Positions 42,046-55,328 of a DNA stretch of 64,000 bases are shown here, one piece after another. The position numbers were made by a program, and so were the translations under genes. The DNA lies in the NCBI GenBank assembly GCA_964016885.1, contig OZ024749.1:34286001-34350000 (forward strand). The letters are read 5' to 3'. The notes beneath the pieces were generated by a model. The model did no database searches, had not been told where the DNA came from, and saw only the letters and a list, made by a program, of their open reading frames with translations. The stretch comes from Eledone cirrhosa (taxonomy: Eukaryota). Positions within the stretch are counted from its first letter, which is position 1; each line of letters opens with the position of its first letter.

Positions 42046-42814
42046 ATCATGACAAAAACTTCTTATACCTGTCATCGAAACTGGTGTAATAGTATATACA
42101 GAGTGTCCCCCAAAATGTATACACACTTCAACAGTATTCTAATAAATATTCCCTATACAGGTAATCAAAGTATGTAAATATTTGATGTATTGTTTAATTT
42201 TATGGGCAGTTAGTTGATAGGTTTGGTTAACATTTTAAAGATGGAATTACTAGGTTTTTTTCTATGATTTAAAAAAAAATGTTTTGAAAGAATCTGGCCT
42301 TCAAAACTGTCCCACGTTATTAATTTTCAGACCTGAGAACTCTATAACACTCGTCACGGGGATTGGTGTAATAATAATAATCATTTCTACTATAGGCACA
42401 AGGTCAGCAATTTGGGGACAGGGGAAGTCGATTAAATCGACCTATTTTATCTATCTTGTAAGGATGAAAGGCAAAGCTAACTTTTACAGGATTTGAAATC
42501 AGAACGTAAAGGGACATAACTATATGCCGCAAATAATTGAAATAGAAATTCACCGAAGTTAATTAGCTTATGTAAACATCGTGTAGTCAACAAAATACTA
42601 CATTCAATAATTTATTGATTGAAACTTTTGTTAATAAGATTTGAGTGGAATATGGTGAGGTAACTAATAAGTGGGTACAGTGGCAAGGAGGACTATCTGC
42701 TGACAACAGACTTTGTCGAAGTTCGTGGAGTAATACAACATTGAACTGAGAGTTGGGGTTAGAGCTTACGCTGGAAATTATAGTCAGATATATGTATATA
42801 TAGATATATGTGTA

Positions 42815-43018
42815 TCAAACCAGCCAACCTCTAAAAACCCAAACAGGTAGTACCATGAAAAAAAGGGCCCCAAAACGGGGAGAAAAGAGGCAAAATGGGG
42901 AGATTTTTACATTATGAAAGCTATACCCATTTTCACAAGAGAAGACATCTCACCACCGCACACACCCCAAACGTGGGTGGGAGATCTCCCTTTTGGATGG
43001 GGAGAGTTGACAGGTCTG
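42815..43018. mobile_element. hAT-like MITE (opposite orientation)
   Basis: Reverse complement is homologous to 61386-61576 (gttgacaggtctg end). Confidence 0.6.
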
Positions 43019-43095
43019 GTATATATATGGAAATATATTTATATATAAATGTATATGTATATATACATATAAATATTCCCATATATATATGTATA

Positions 43096-43735
43096 TGAGC
43101 GTCAGCTTAAAAGTTTATAGGATGACCGAGATACTCTCATAGAATGTGATCAAATTATTTTTCAAGATAATGGAGGCACATGGCTTAGTGGTTAGAGCAT
43201 TGGCCTTGCAATCGAAAGGTTGTGAGTTCAATTCTCAGACCGGGTGATGTGTTGTTTCCTTGAGCAAGACACTTTATTTCACATTGCTCCAGTTTACTCA
43301 GCTGTAGAAATGAGATGATAGGGACTGGGATCCCTATCATTCCACTGCAAAGTGGTTGTGGAGGTGCCACGGCAAAAAAAAGCACCCAGCACTCACTGTA
43401 AATGAGGTTGGTGTTAGGAAGGGCATCCAGCTGTAGAAATCAAGCCAGAATCAGTTCCCGTCCCACCCTTGCAAGCAGGGAAAAGCGGACGTAAAATGGA
43501 TGATGATGATGATGATGATAGTCTCAATTGCAGTCAACACACTTCTTCCATTGGTGTTGCACTATGTGGTTCCCATTGGTGAAGAAGCTTTCATCCTGTT
43601 GCTCAAAAAAGTCATCAACAGCAGATATGTCATCATCACTGCAATACTGATTTTTTGTTTTGGTATTGGGGAAGAAATGATAGTCATATGGGGCCAAATC
43701 AGGAGAATAGGGAGGCGATCAACTAGTTCAAACAG
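43096..43735 (-). mobile_element. Mariner (Tc1/mariner) 3' remnant
   Basis: The minus strand reads YSPDLAPYDYHFFPN (about 43710-43665), the diagnostic mariner YSPDLAPxD motif, followed by WKKCVD and a terminal inverted repeat near 43096-43126. Confidence 0.85.
43172..43518 (+). mobile_element. Full-length CORE-type SINE nested in a mariner remnant
   Basis: Same sequence as 36458-36800, interrupting the mariner sequence. Confidence 0.85.
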
Positions 43736-43799
43736 TGTTCAAACAAAGAAGTGACAGCCTGCAAACAAAACAGTGACAATGTCCAAACAAACTTGCCAA

Positions 43800-45385
43800 A
43801 TACCAAGCTATCTTCTCTACCTGAACACCTCCGCTGCTGGAACACATCAAGCTATCTTCATCTGAACACTTCCACTGTCAGACATCAAGCTATCTTCTCT
43901 ACCTAAAAACCTCCGCTGCTGGAACACATCAAGCTATCTTCATCTGAACACTTCCACTGTCAAGACATCAAGCTATCTTCTCTACCTGAACACCTCTGCT
44001 GTTGCAACACATCAAGCTATCTTCATCTGAACACTTCCACTGTCAGACATCAAGCTATCTTCTCTACCTAAACACCTCTGCTGCTGCAACACATCAAGCT
44101 ATCTTCATCTGAACACTTCCACTGTCAGACATCAAGCTATCTTCTCTACCTGAACACCTGTGCTGCTGCAACACATCAAGCTATCTTCATCTGAACACTT
44201 CCACTGTCAGACATCAAGCTATCTTCTCTACCTAAACACCTCCGCTGCTGGAACACATCAAGCTATCTTCTCTACCTAAACACCTCTGCTGCTGCAACAC
44301 ATCAAGCTATCTTCATCTGAACACTTCCACTGTCAGACATTAAGCTATCTTCTTTACCTAAACACCTCCGCTGCTGGAACACATCAAGCTATCTTCTCTA
44401 CCTAAACACCTCTGCTGCTGCAACACATCAAGCTATCTTCATCTGAACACTTCCACTGTCAGACATCAAGCTATCTTCTCTACCTAAAAACCTCCGCTGC
44501 TGGAACACATCAAGCTATCTTCATCTGAACACTTCCACTGTCAAGACATCAAGCTATCTTCTCTACCTGAACACCTCTGCTGTTGCAACACATCAAGCTA
44601 TCTTCATCTGAACACTTCCACTGTCAGACATCAAGCTATCTTCTCTACCTAAACACCTCTGCTGCTGCAACACATCAAGCTATCTTCATCTGAACACTTC
44701 CACTGTCAGACATCAAGCTATCTTCTCTACCTGAACACCTGTGCTGCTGCAACACATCAAGCTATCTTCATCTGAACACTTCCACTGTCAGACATCAAGC
44801 TATCTTCTCTACCTAAACACCTCCGCTGCTGGAACACATCAAGCTATCTTCTCTACCTAAACACCTCTGCTGCTGCAACACATCAAGCTATCTTCATCTG
44901 AACACTTCCACTGTCAGACATTAAGCTATCTTCTTTACCTAAACACCTCCGCTGCTGGAACACATCAAGCTATCTTCTCTACCTAAACACCTCTGCTGCT
45001 GCAACACATCAAGCTATCTTCATCTGAACACTTCCACTGTCAGACATCAAGCTATCTTCTCTACCTAAACACCTCTGCTGCTGCAACACATCAAGCTATC
45101 TTCATCTGAACACTTCCACTGTCAGACATCAAGCTATCTTCTCTACCTAAACACCTCTGCTGCTGCAACACATCAAGCTATCTTCATCTGAACACTTCCA
45201 CTGTCAGACATTAAGCTATTTTCTTTACCTAAACACCTCCGCTGCTGGAACACATCAAGCTATCTTCTCTACCTGAACACCTCTGCTGCTGCAACACATC
45301 AAGCTATCTTCTCTACCTGAACACCACCATCAGACATCAAGCTAATCAAGCTGTCATCTCTACTTGAACACTCCAGTTTCAGACA
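43800..45385. repeat. Minisatellite of alternating 44-bp and 38-bp units with a 581-bp higher-order duplication
   Basis: Both units share the core acatcaagctatcttc. Diagnostic variants recur at a 581-bp offset (43901/44482 and 44341/44922). Confidence 0.95.
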
Positions 45386-46439
45386 ATCTTTGTTTCAAAT
45401 CCTGGATAACATTGTTTTTGAAAAGCCAGCCATCTTGAAAGTGAATGTAGCTTCTCTTGTTTCACTAACTACAAACAATACAAATTGTTCTTCATTGATG
45501 AGAGAAGAGCTGAAGAGCTGAGTGATGTATGATATAAAGCTAATGTTCCTATTGTCTCTTCCATTGCTATGGCCTTCTTTGGGGCGTGAGAAATACAGAT
45601 TTCATAACTATTTCTCATGTGTTCTGTTAAATAAAGGTCACATAGAATTGTAATGACATTAATATTGGAGAATCTTTCAACATTTCAATTTTGGAATGTA
45701 TTTTTCTGCTCCCCCTCTTTTTCCCCCCTCTCATATTTTTTTTATTACTAAAAGTGTATTTTTGTAATGTGATATTTGTAAAACACAGCATGGTGACTGT
45801 GTGGTCAGTTTATAAGTTCTCAATATATTCTGTCCATTAGGGTTGGGGGATTGACAGAGTCATTAGAACATCAGATCGAATGCTTTGCAGTATTCATTTT
45901 GACTGCTTTTGCTCAGAGTTCAAATCTTGCCAAGGTCAACTTTGCCTTTGATTCGTCTGAGGTCAATAAAATAAAGTACCAGTAAGTAGTAGGGTTGATT
46001 TAATCAGCTTTACTCTTCCCTTAATTTGCTGAGCATTTTTAAAAAACATTGGATTGGCAGTATCGGTAGAGAGTCAGGCGCCATGCTTTGCAGCAAAGAG
46101 TTACGGCCCTTTATGATCTGAGTTCAAATCCCGCCGAGGTTAACTTTGCCTTTCACCCTTACGGGGTCGATAAAATAAAGTACCAGTAATACCCTGGGAT
46201 AATTGCTGGCCTTGTGCCAAAAGTAGAAACAATTATGTTATTAGTGTTATATTTAGGATGGTGCGATGGGTTGACAGAATTGGTAGAGCATCAGATAAAA
46301 TGCCATTGTGTCTCATTGAGGTCAACTTTGTCATTCATCTTCCAGAATCAGTAGAATAAAAAGTACCGGTCAAGTACTGGGGTCAATTTAATCAACTTGC
46401 CCTTCCCCTAAAATTTACTGGCCTTCTTGTGCCTCAATT

Positions 46440-46930
46440 AGAAATCAATATATTCTATCCAATCTTAGAAATCAATATATTCTACCAATGTTAGGAATCA
46501 ATATATTCTACCAATGTTAGAAATAAATATATTCTATCTATGTTAGGAATCAATATACTCTATGTTAGAAATCAATATATACTATGTTATAAGTCAATAT
46601 ATTCTACAATGATAATGACATTGTCAACAACAATGATAATGACATTGTCAACAACAATGATAATGACATTGTCAACAACAATGATAATGACATTGTCAAC
46701 AATGATAATGACATTGTCAACAATGATGATGACAGTGTCAACAACAATGATAATGACATTGTCAACAATGATAATGACATTGTCAACAATGATAATGACA
46801 TTGTCAACATCAATGATAATGACATTGTCAACAATGATAATGACATTGTCAACAATGATAATGACATTGTCAACATCAATGATAATGACATTGTCAACAA
46901 TGATGATGACAGTGTCAACAACAATGATAA
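46440..46930. repeat. About 26-bp degenerate repeat followed by a 21/24-bp minisatellite
   Basis: ttagaaatcaatatattctaccaatg units, then (acaatgataatgacattgtca[aca])n. Confidence 0.9.
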
Positions 46931-47624
46931 ATTAAACTTTTAATCAAAGACATTCTATTTTAGTTTATGGTAATTTCAAAATTTTTTTGTTCATTATTTT
47001 GTATTTTCAGTCATTATAAAATTGAAATATTACCCTAATAGTTGTTCAAAGAAATTCAATGGGCTCTCATCACAAACAATTTTTCAGAACATAAAAGGTC
47101 TTGGTTGATGAATGGTGTCTGGAATAACAAACACACAAGTTGGTGACAAGCTGGGAGTATTGACAGGAAAGGGTCACTTGCTGTGTAGTTAGTTACTATA
47201 GTGATATTTGTCTGTCTTTCATACACAGTCTCTTTCTCACTGTATTTCTTTCTCAACATTTCGTAAGGAAAAAATAGTTTCAGTTTATGAACATTTCAAG
47301 TGACAAATGGTCTTCAGGAACGAATTAAGTTCATGAACCGAGGTTCCACTGTATAACATAGTTTATTTAAAATATAATTGTATATATTTTAATTGGTTGT
47401 TAGGAAGGGCATCCACCTGTAGAAACCTAGCCAGAAACAGTTCTGTATGAGCAAGACATGGTCACCTGACCCAACTTGCCTTAAACAGGACAACCCGTCT
47501 CACCCATGCTAGCGTGGAAAACAGACGTTAAACAATGATGATGATGATGATGAATTGTATATAACCTTGGGTGTTGGGATTTTGAATATGTAGATTATAT
47601 GGAAACAATTGTCTATAATTTCAG

Positions 47625-47662
47625 ATCAAGAAGATACAGTTCAATAACTTCAAGCAGTGATT
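47625..47662 (+). CDS. Candidate 38-nt micro-exon of the FAM124-family gene
   Basis: aatttcag|A TCA AGA AGA TAC AGT TCA ATA ACT TCA AGC AGT GAT T|gtaagt reads SRRYSSITSSSD. Phase 2 in and phase 1 out bridge exactly to the 51430 exon, which continues the Ser-rich tract. Confidence 0.55.
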
Positions 47663-47769
47663 GTAAGTATTCTTATATTGGTTTCTTATATAGACATTTT
47701 ATATAATGACAAAATTATAAAGAAGTATATGATCCAAAATTGTATGTTAGGAAGACTTAACTCAGTGTC

Positions 47770-48045
47770 AAACCCTGGTACTGCAGAGCCCACAATGCAG
47801 AGGACAGGAAGAAAAGCATATGCCAGGGCTTGTCTAGCAGCTTCCTCTTTGCACCAGTCGCCATTGAGACATCAGGCGTCCTAAGACCCTGTACAGCTGA
47901 CCTCCTCTATGAAATTGAAATGACAGCAGCCAGTCTGAGGAAGGAGCCCCATGAGGTGGGGTGGGTATTGCTGACCATTGTCTGCGGAAATGCTTCTGCC
48001 ATTTTGTGCGCCGGGTGCAGCCAAAACACTGCTCTAACTTAGGTG
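47770..48045 (+). mobile_element. CRE-like RLE retrotransposon 3' remnant
   Basis: FAPVAIETSG...CGNASAIL resembles the F-x-P-x-A-x-ET-x-G...RGNA C-terminal motif. Confidence 0.6.
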
Positions 48046-49289
48046 TAGAGTCTGTCACTCTATCCAGTCCTCCTTTCTTTCACTGCCTAATAATCCTTGC
48101 TCTTTCTCTTGTTTTCCTCTCATTTATAGCATTTATAGTCTTTTCCAATATTACTTTCTTTTTCTGTATGTTTGACTAAGTATTAAATTTTTTGTTATTT
48201 TTATGTCATTTTATCCTAGAAATATATTTGAATATTTTGAAATAAAATAATTTTTCTTTTAAAAAAATGTTTATAACTAAATTGTAAAGGGTTTTGTTAT
48301 ATATTATACTATTGTGTTCTTTGTGTAAAGGAAGAGGTAAAAATGATGGCTGGAGAACATTGTGTTGCAAAATATTTGAAAGGTTTCTCATACTTCAATT
48401 GTAAGACCCTTGTCTATACAAGATGTGTTGCAAATAAAAGTAATCTGAAGAAAGAATGCTTAAAATAGTTCTATTCAGTTTGTATTTGTGTAATAGCTGC
48501 AATGAAGAAGTAAGGTTCCTCTCTGCAAATTTAGGGAAGGGCAAAGTTGATCATATCAACCCGAGTACTTAACTGGTACAGTAAGTCCCCCACTTTACGA
48601 ACTTCCACAGATATGAACAGTCTCAGAAATAAAATAAAATTTGTCCGAGTTTTAAATTTGCAGGGGTGGGTTTGTTTATCGTGGGCTCTTTCAGGCCCCA
48701 GGTTCCATCTTTTGCAGTATAAAAACAAGCCAAAATCATACTTACGCTTTGGGATACCTTTCTGCTTTCGCAGAATTGAAAAAGTACTTTTTTTTTCTTT
48801 AACAATTTATTGTCATTAGCTTTAAAGTATTTAAATTCATTATTACATGTTATAAATACTTCTATATATTGTATATATATACCTCTATATATTGTATATA
48901 TATATATATCTATATATATCATCATCATCATCATCATCATCGTTTAACGTCCGTGTTCCACGCTTGCATGGGTTTGGACGGGAGTTTTCCCACTTGAGGC
49001 CATAGGACTGTCTGGCGGGTTTTCTACAGCTGGATGCCCTTCCTAACACCAACCACATTTACAGTGTGGGGCTGGGAGTTTTTACCGTGTTGCCTACACG
49101 GCCACATTACAGCGTGGACTGTGTGTTTTTTTGTCGTGACACCTACACGATGTCATTTGTTTCGGCCTGGATGTTGTGGCACCAACATAACTTTACATTG
49201 AAAGGGGCGGTGTGGATGGGGTGGGGTGGTGGGACGGGGGTGTATTTTGTTAGAGATGCCTACTGACTGTAGTAGGTTTTACTTTGTAT

Positions 49290-49600
49290 TTAGGTAAGGC
49301 GGGTCTTCTCTATTACTGAGTACCGCCAAAGGTCTCGGTCCAGTGACATTGTCTTGGAGAGGTGTAAGTGTGTGAGCTCGTCCCAGGTTTTTCTTGGTCT
49401 GACTACTCCGTAGCTACTGTCTATCTTTATTGCCCTGCACTTTGTTATACAGCTGTCGTCTTTCATGCGCATCACGTGACCATACCAACGTAGCCTTCTC
49501 TCGAGTAAACAACATCTGATCCCTCTTATTTCTAATTTTTTCCTTAGTTCGTTTATGCTTTGCCGTTCACATATATTACTATTACACATCCAGCGGATAC
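49290..49600 (-). mobile_element. RTE LINE 3' fragment
   Basis: RRLRWYGHVMRM...RPRKTWDE...DRDLWRYSV. Confidence 0.8.
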
Positions 49601-50217
49601 CTCTATATTACATGTTATATATACCTCAATCTACCGTATATATATATATATCTCTATATTACATGTTATATATACCTCTTTATATTGTATATATATATAT
49701 ATATATATATATTGTCCCACCCTTGCAAGCAGGGAAAAGCGGACGTAAAATGAAATGATGATGATGATGATATATATATCACTCATATGGAAACCTGCAG
49801 TATCAATGTAACATATATGGGCTAACTGGTACGTACTATGTTAGACGATCAACTAACAAACAAATCAACTAATGAACGACCTCTTGGAACGTAACTTGTT
49901 CGTAAGTTGAGGACTTGTACTTTATTTTATTAACCTCTGAATGATGAAAGGCTAAGTTGACCTCAGCAGGATTTGAACTCAGAACGTAAAGAGCCAGAAC
50001 AAATATCACAAAGGTATTTTATCTGACACTCTACCACACTTCATATGAAGACAAATTCTTGAGGGCAGAGTTTCATCTCGATGTGCTCCAAGACTCTTCA
50101 TTAATATTGTATACAGACCTTCATCAAACAAGTGCAGTTGACATTTTGGTTGAATCTCTTTTTTCCATATGGTCATTATGATAATGTTGACTGTTATAAC
50201 GAAGATATATTAATTAT

Positions 50218-50815
50218 TCTCTCTCTTTCTCCTTCCCCTATCTCTCTCCCCTTCTCTTCTCTCTACCTTTATCCTTCCCCTCTCCCTCTCTCTCCCTCTC
50301 CCCTCCTCTTCTCTCTACCTTTATCCTTCCCCTATCTCTCCCCCCTCTCTCTCTCTCTCCTCTTCTCTCTTTTATCTCTACCTTTATCTTTCCCCTATCT
50401 CTCCCCCTCTCTCTCTCTCTCTCTACCTTTCTCTTCCCCCTATCTCTCTCTCCCCTCTTCTTATCTCTACCTTTCTCCTTCCCCTATCTCCCTCTCCCTC
50501 TCTCTCTCCTCTTATCTCTTCCTTTATCTTTCCCCTATCTCCCCCCCCCTCTCTCCTCTTATCTCTCCTCTTCTCTCTACCTTTCTCCTTCCCCTCTCTC
50601 TCCCTCTCTCTCTCTCCTCTTCTCCCTACCTCTCCCCTTCCTCCATCTCTCCTTCTCTCTTCTCTCCACCTTTCTCCTTCCCCTATCTCTCCCTCTCCCT
50701 CTCTCTTCTCTCCACCTTTCTCCGTCCCCTATCTCTCCCTCTTTCTTCTCTCCACCTTTCTCCTTCTCCTATCTCTCTCTCTCCACTCCCTTTTCTATAC
50801 CCCTCACCTTCCTTG
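50218..50815 (+). repeat. About 600-bp polypyrimidine (CT-rich) low-complexity tract
   Basis: Almost exclusively C/T on the plus strand. Confidence 0.95.
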
Positions 50816-51429
50816 TTCGTTTGAAAACTTTATGAATGAACCAATCAAAAGTACAAATGACCTTTGTTCCTAATTGTTCATGGGAGATTTTTAAGTTATG
50901 CAGATAGCGTCAGTAATCTTTCATCTGTTCCATTATAATTTGGGGAATGTTTAATTTTTTTTAAAATTTACATTTGTGGTTAATTTTTATGAAAATACAT
51001 TGACTCCTTTACTCTTCTATTGGTGTCAGTCATTAGACTGCGGTCATGCTGGGGCACCACTTTGATTTAGTCGATAATGTTATTTACCCCAGTACTTACT
51101 TGATTCAAATGGTATTTAGTTTAGTTTATCAATTTGTTGTTTTTTTTTGTCAAACCATTTGGTTACGGAGATATAAACACAGACACAGGCACAAACGTAA
51201 ATATAGACATGGACAGAGGGACGTTAAGCTTGTATTTTGTTTTTCTGGAGTTTCTCCTGCGTTCTCACATCATATAAGGAGAAGACCCCTTTTGGTCACA
51301 AATCACCATAGGATTTTTGTATATTTCTTTATTCCTGAGTATATTTTGTCACCATTTCCTTTCAATTCTTATCAATTCAAACCCAGTTTAGATTCCTTAG
51401 ATTCAGGATTTGATTTTTTACATTTTCAG

Positions 51430-52379
51430 GTGCCAGCTGGAATTCCTCGAAGGGAAGCTCAAGTCGTTCAGATTCTAGTTCTGAAGTTACAAGTATAACA
51501 ACCCCTTCTGAAGTTTATGAATCTCATTTAACATTTGAAGTTAAAATATTTGCCGATATCAGTGAAATCAATACACTTAATTCACGCTATCGACCACTAA
51601 TAAACTTACTTGATTCAGAGCTACACATTATAAAAATATCAGACTGTAGAGATTCTTCTTTTAGTCTACAGAATATTTTACTGAAGAACCAAGACAATCT
51701 CTGTAATGTTTTTGTGCCTAGTTTTTCAATTTTAATTTTTTTATTAGAGGATGAATTACTAACTCAACAAAAATTTTTGGAAGCTCAATTTTATTTTCAA
51801 CAAAAGCCTTGGAAATTCTATCATCGATCACGTATAGATAAAAGAAAAGCAATTGAATTCTGTTCTGATAATATGCAAGAATTCTATGGTACTTCAAAAG
51901 GTTATCCTCTGTGGGGAATTCGCCGTGTACATTATGGAAAGGAACATTTACGATTTATGTTATTTGTCAGTTATCACAATTGGCTTGCGATGGTTAACTT
52001 TTACAAGATTCTCATGAATTTAATTCCTGAATATGAACAACGTGACTTCTGTATGTTTACTGTGGACAATCAAGTGAGCTATGATATACAATTTGTTCTC
52101 AAGCAACTTCCACCATATATTCTTCCTGAACCATTAGATTTTGTGGAACTTGAATTTCAGATATTTGATATAAGCATTCTGATGCCACATTTTCCCCATG
52201 TCTGTAAACCAGTATCTAATCAGAAATGGTGTACATTAGATTATGATGGAAATTCACTGGTAATGAGCTTAAAACCTGGACGGAAAAGTACACCTCAAAT
52301 GTTCCAAACATCCCACACATCTAAGAAACGAAATTCATCAGAACATTTACCTTTTGTTGACAAAGTTTTTTTTGTGTAA
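51430..52379 (+). CDS. FAM124A: FAM124A/B-family protein, large terminal coding exon
   Basis: Open from acceptor cattttcag|GT GCC (phase 1) through the listed 51714 ORF. Motifs PWKFYH, PLWGIRRVHYGKEHLRF, DFCMF, DIQFVLKQLP, LEFQIFDI and WCTLDYDGN match FAM124 (PLWAIRQVHYGKEIVRF, DIQFSLKRLP, WQTEDHDGN). A vs B orthology cannot be resolved. Confidence 0.9.
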
Positions 52380-53339
52380 ATCAATCAAATTAAAATAGAT
52401 AAAAACTAAAACTAAAATAGAGTGGATGCATCTTTCAGAAACCACTGGAAATCAACTGAACATTAATTCAATCTGATACTTTCAATGTATTTCTAAATCA
52501 AATCAGTGATGTTGTTGTTAGGAATCTAGCATTTAGCCATAACCTTTCAGCATTCTACTATTATATTTTCATTGTAAAGGCTTTATCTCACAAAATATGG
52601 AATTTATGAGATTTTGATGATGTTATTATTTATTTTGAGAACAATACCTTAATGTCAGTATGAGTGGCTGGTTTGAACAGAAAGAGGTGAGAGAATTCTG
52701 GTCGGATACAGCTGGTTTAAATGCTAAAGCGTTAAATGAAAGTTAATATTTCTAACCATTGTACACAGCTTGTTACCATTAAAAGTTAAATAATTTCTAA
52801 ATTTTCAATGTAATTGAACGTAAAGAAACGTTAATTTTGCAAGAGAGCAGGGAATATTTGAAACAGTTTCCTGGAGAATATGGTAAACTCAAAATTATTG
52901 AGGGAACATAGTAAATAGGAATACATCACTCAAAGTATGAACAAATAATAATTGTTTCTACTACAGGCACAAGGCCAGCAATTTTGGAGGAAGGGAAAAT
53001 CGATTAAATTGACTCCAGTGTATTACTTATTGGTGCTTTATTTATTGACCCTGTAAGGATGAAAGGCAAAGCTAACCTCGGTGGGATTTTAACTCAATTT
53101 ATGAGATAGGAATCTAATATCTGAAGCCGAAATTTGAACCATTTATCATATGGATGGATTCTCAGTATTCACAAAGGATTATATTAAAGACTTTGATGGG
53201 TATAAATTAATCAGCGGTCTCAAGGGAAAGTCTAGTGGTATACATATTTATGATTATGATGTATACAAAATGACACTAACCTTTTATTCTTTACTCCAGA
53301 TTGCACATTATGGAAAACTATTAACCACTTTGCCAAAAA

Positions 53340-53470
53340 TCTTCACTGATCAATTCAAAACTTTGCTCCAAATTTTTAACAATCTATTCAAAACTTTGCT
53401 CCAAATTTTTGACAATCTATTCAAAACTTTGCTCCAAATTTTTAACAATCCATTCAAAACTTTGCCCCAA
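53340..53470. repeat. 33-bp tandem repeat, about 4 copies
   Basis: attcaaaactttgctccaaatttttaacaatct units. Confidence 0.85.
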
Positions 53471-54164
53471 AATACCTACCATATTTACATTATTTGCATT
53501 TGTTTTCACCAGTACAATCTCTTACTCACTGGTGGATCTTTTAATGATCTCCTTCCAATACTAATTGCAGAATACACCATGAATGATGAAAGCAAATAAG
53601 TTGGGTATTTAAGCAAAAGGATTTCCTTTGATCTAATTACTCACTGTTTGCCTGCCACCTTACCAATTTATTGGTGACAAAGAAAAAAGAAACCACCTCA
53701 AATTGGGAATGCCAGCTACTTGCCAAAAATATGTATTGTTGATTTGGTCCTTCACAGGAAAGTTCACACATATATGACCTTTCATTTTATCAAAGGAAAA
53801 ATTATAGCATTTCTTTTCCTTTCACCTTTTTTTTTATATCTCATGAAACTTTAATCTACATATAGTTAAAGCAGCTCTATCTGACTAAATTCCACTCTAA
53901 TATAAGGAATAGTATATCTATCTAAACTCTACTATAATATAAGGAACAGTATATCTATCTAAACTCTACTATAATATAAGGAAGAATATATCTATCTATA
54001 CTCTACTATAATATAAGGAAGAATATATCTATCTAAACTCTACTATAATATAAGGAAGAATATATCTATCTAAACTCTACTATAATATAAGGAACAGTAT
54101 ATCTATCTAAATTCTACTATAATATAAGGAACAGTATATCTATCTACTATAATATAAGGAACAG

Positions 54165-54352
54165 AAATGGCGGTCGATTGGCAGTATCGGTAGAGGGGGT
54201 GGACGCCATGCTTTGCACAGTTACGTCCCTTTACGGACTGAGTTCAAATCCCGCCGAGGTTAGCTTTGCCTTTCATCCTTACGGGGTCGATAAAATAAAG
54301 TACCAGTAATACACTGGGATAATTGCTGGCCTTGTGCCAAAAGTAGAAACAA
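54165..54352 (+). mobile_element. tRNA-derived Meta-domain-like SINE inside the 37-bp satellite
   Basis: A box TGGCAGTATCGG, B box GAGTTCAAATCC, central gcctttcatccttacggggtcgataaa. TSD-like ctataatataaggaacag. Confidence 0.8.
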
Positions 54353-55140
54353 CTATAATATAAGGAACAGTATATCTATCTATACTCTACTATAATATAA
54401 GGAACAGTATATCTATCTAAACTCTACTATAATATAAGGAAGAATATATCTATCTATACTCTACTATAATATAAGGAACAGTATATCTATCTATACTCTA
54501 CTATAATATAAGGAAGAATATATCTATCTATACTCTACTATAATATAAGGAACAGTATATCTATCTATACTCTACTATAATATAAGGAACAGTATATCTA
54601 TCTAAATTCTACTATAATATAAGGAACAGTATATCTATCTATACTCTACTATAATATAAGGAACAGTATATCTATCTAAACTCTACTATAATATAAGGAA
54701 CAGTATATCTATCTATACTCTACTATAATATAAGGAACAGTATATCTATCTAAATTCTACTATAATATAAGGAACAGTATATCTATCTATACTCTACTAT
54801 AATATAAGGAACAGTATATCTATCTAAACTCTACTATAATATAAGGAACAGTATATCTATCTATACTCTACTATAATATAAGGAACAGTATATCTATCTA
54901 AACTCTACTATAATATAAGGAACAGTATATCTATCTATACTCTACTATAATATAAGGAAGAATATATCTATCTATACTCTACTATAATATAAGGAACAGT
55001 ATATCTATCTATACTCTACTATAATATAAGGAACAGTATATCTATCTATACTCTACTATAATATAAGGAACAGTATATCTATCTAAACTCTACTATAATA
55101 TAAGGAACAGTATATCTATCTACTATAATATAAGGAACAG

Positions 55141-55328
55141 AAATGGCGGTCGATTGGCAGTATCGGTAGAGGGGGTGGACGCCATGCTTTGCACAGTTAC
55201 GTCCCTTTACGGACTGAGTTCAAATCCCGCCGAGGTTAGCTTTGCCTTTCATCCTTACGGGGTCGATAAAATAAAGTACCAGTAATACACTGGGATAATT
55301 GCTGGCCTTGTGCCAAAAGTAGAAACAA
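55141..55328 (+). mobile_element. Duplicate of the 54165 SINE
   Basis: Apparently identical sequence and identical flanks, 976 bp downstream. Confidence 0.8.

Noticed and set aside
43800-45385. CRISPR-like array (constant 16-bp core with intervening sequences)
   Set aside because: The intervening sequences are two recurring types rather than unique spacers, there are no cas genes, and the context is a eukaryotic intron.
46540-46935. Repetitive Met/Thr/Ser ORFs on both strands
   Set aside because: Product of a 21/24-bp minisatellite, with no splice or homology support.
50132-50824. 230-aa Leu/Ser/Pro ORF
   Set aside because: Translation of a CT-rich low-complexity tract.
51046-51498. 150-aa ORF overlapping the FAM124 acceptor
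   Set aside because: Starts in repeat-like intronic sequence and is out of frame with the FAM124 exon.
53150-53599. 149-aa ORF downstream of FAM124
   Set aside because: Partly a 33-bp tandem repeat, with no recognisable domain or splice signals.
54169-54260. tRNA genes suggested by A and B boxes
   Set aside because: These are SINE heads that run into SINE body and tail. No full cloverleaf is evident.
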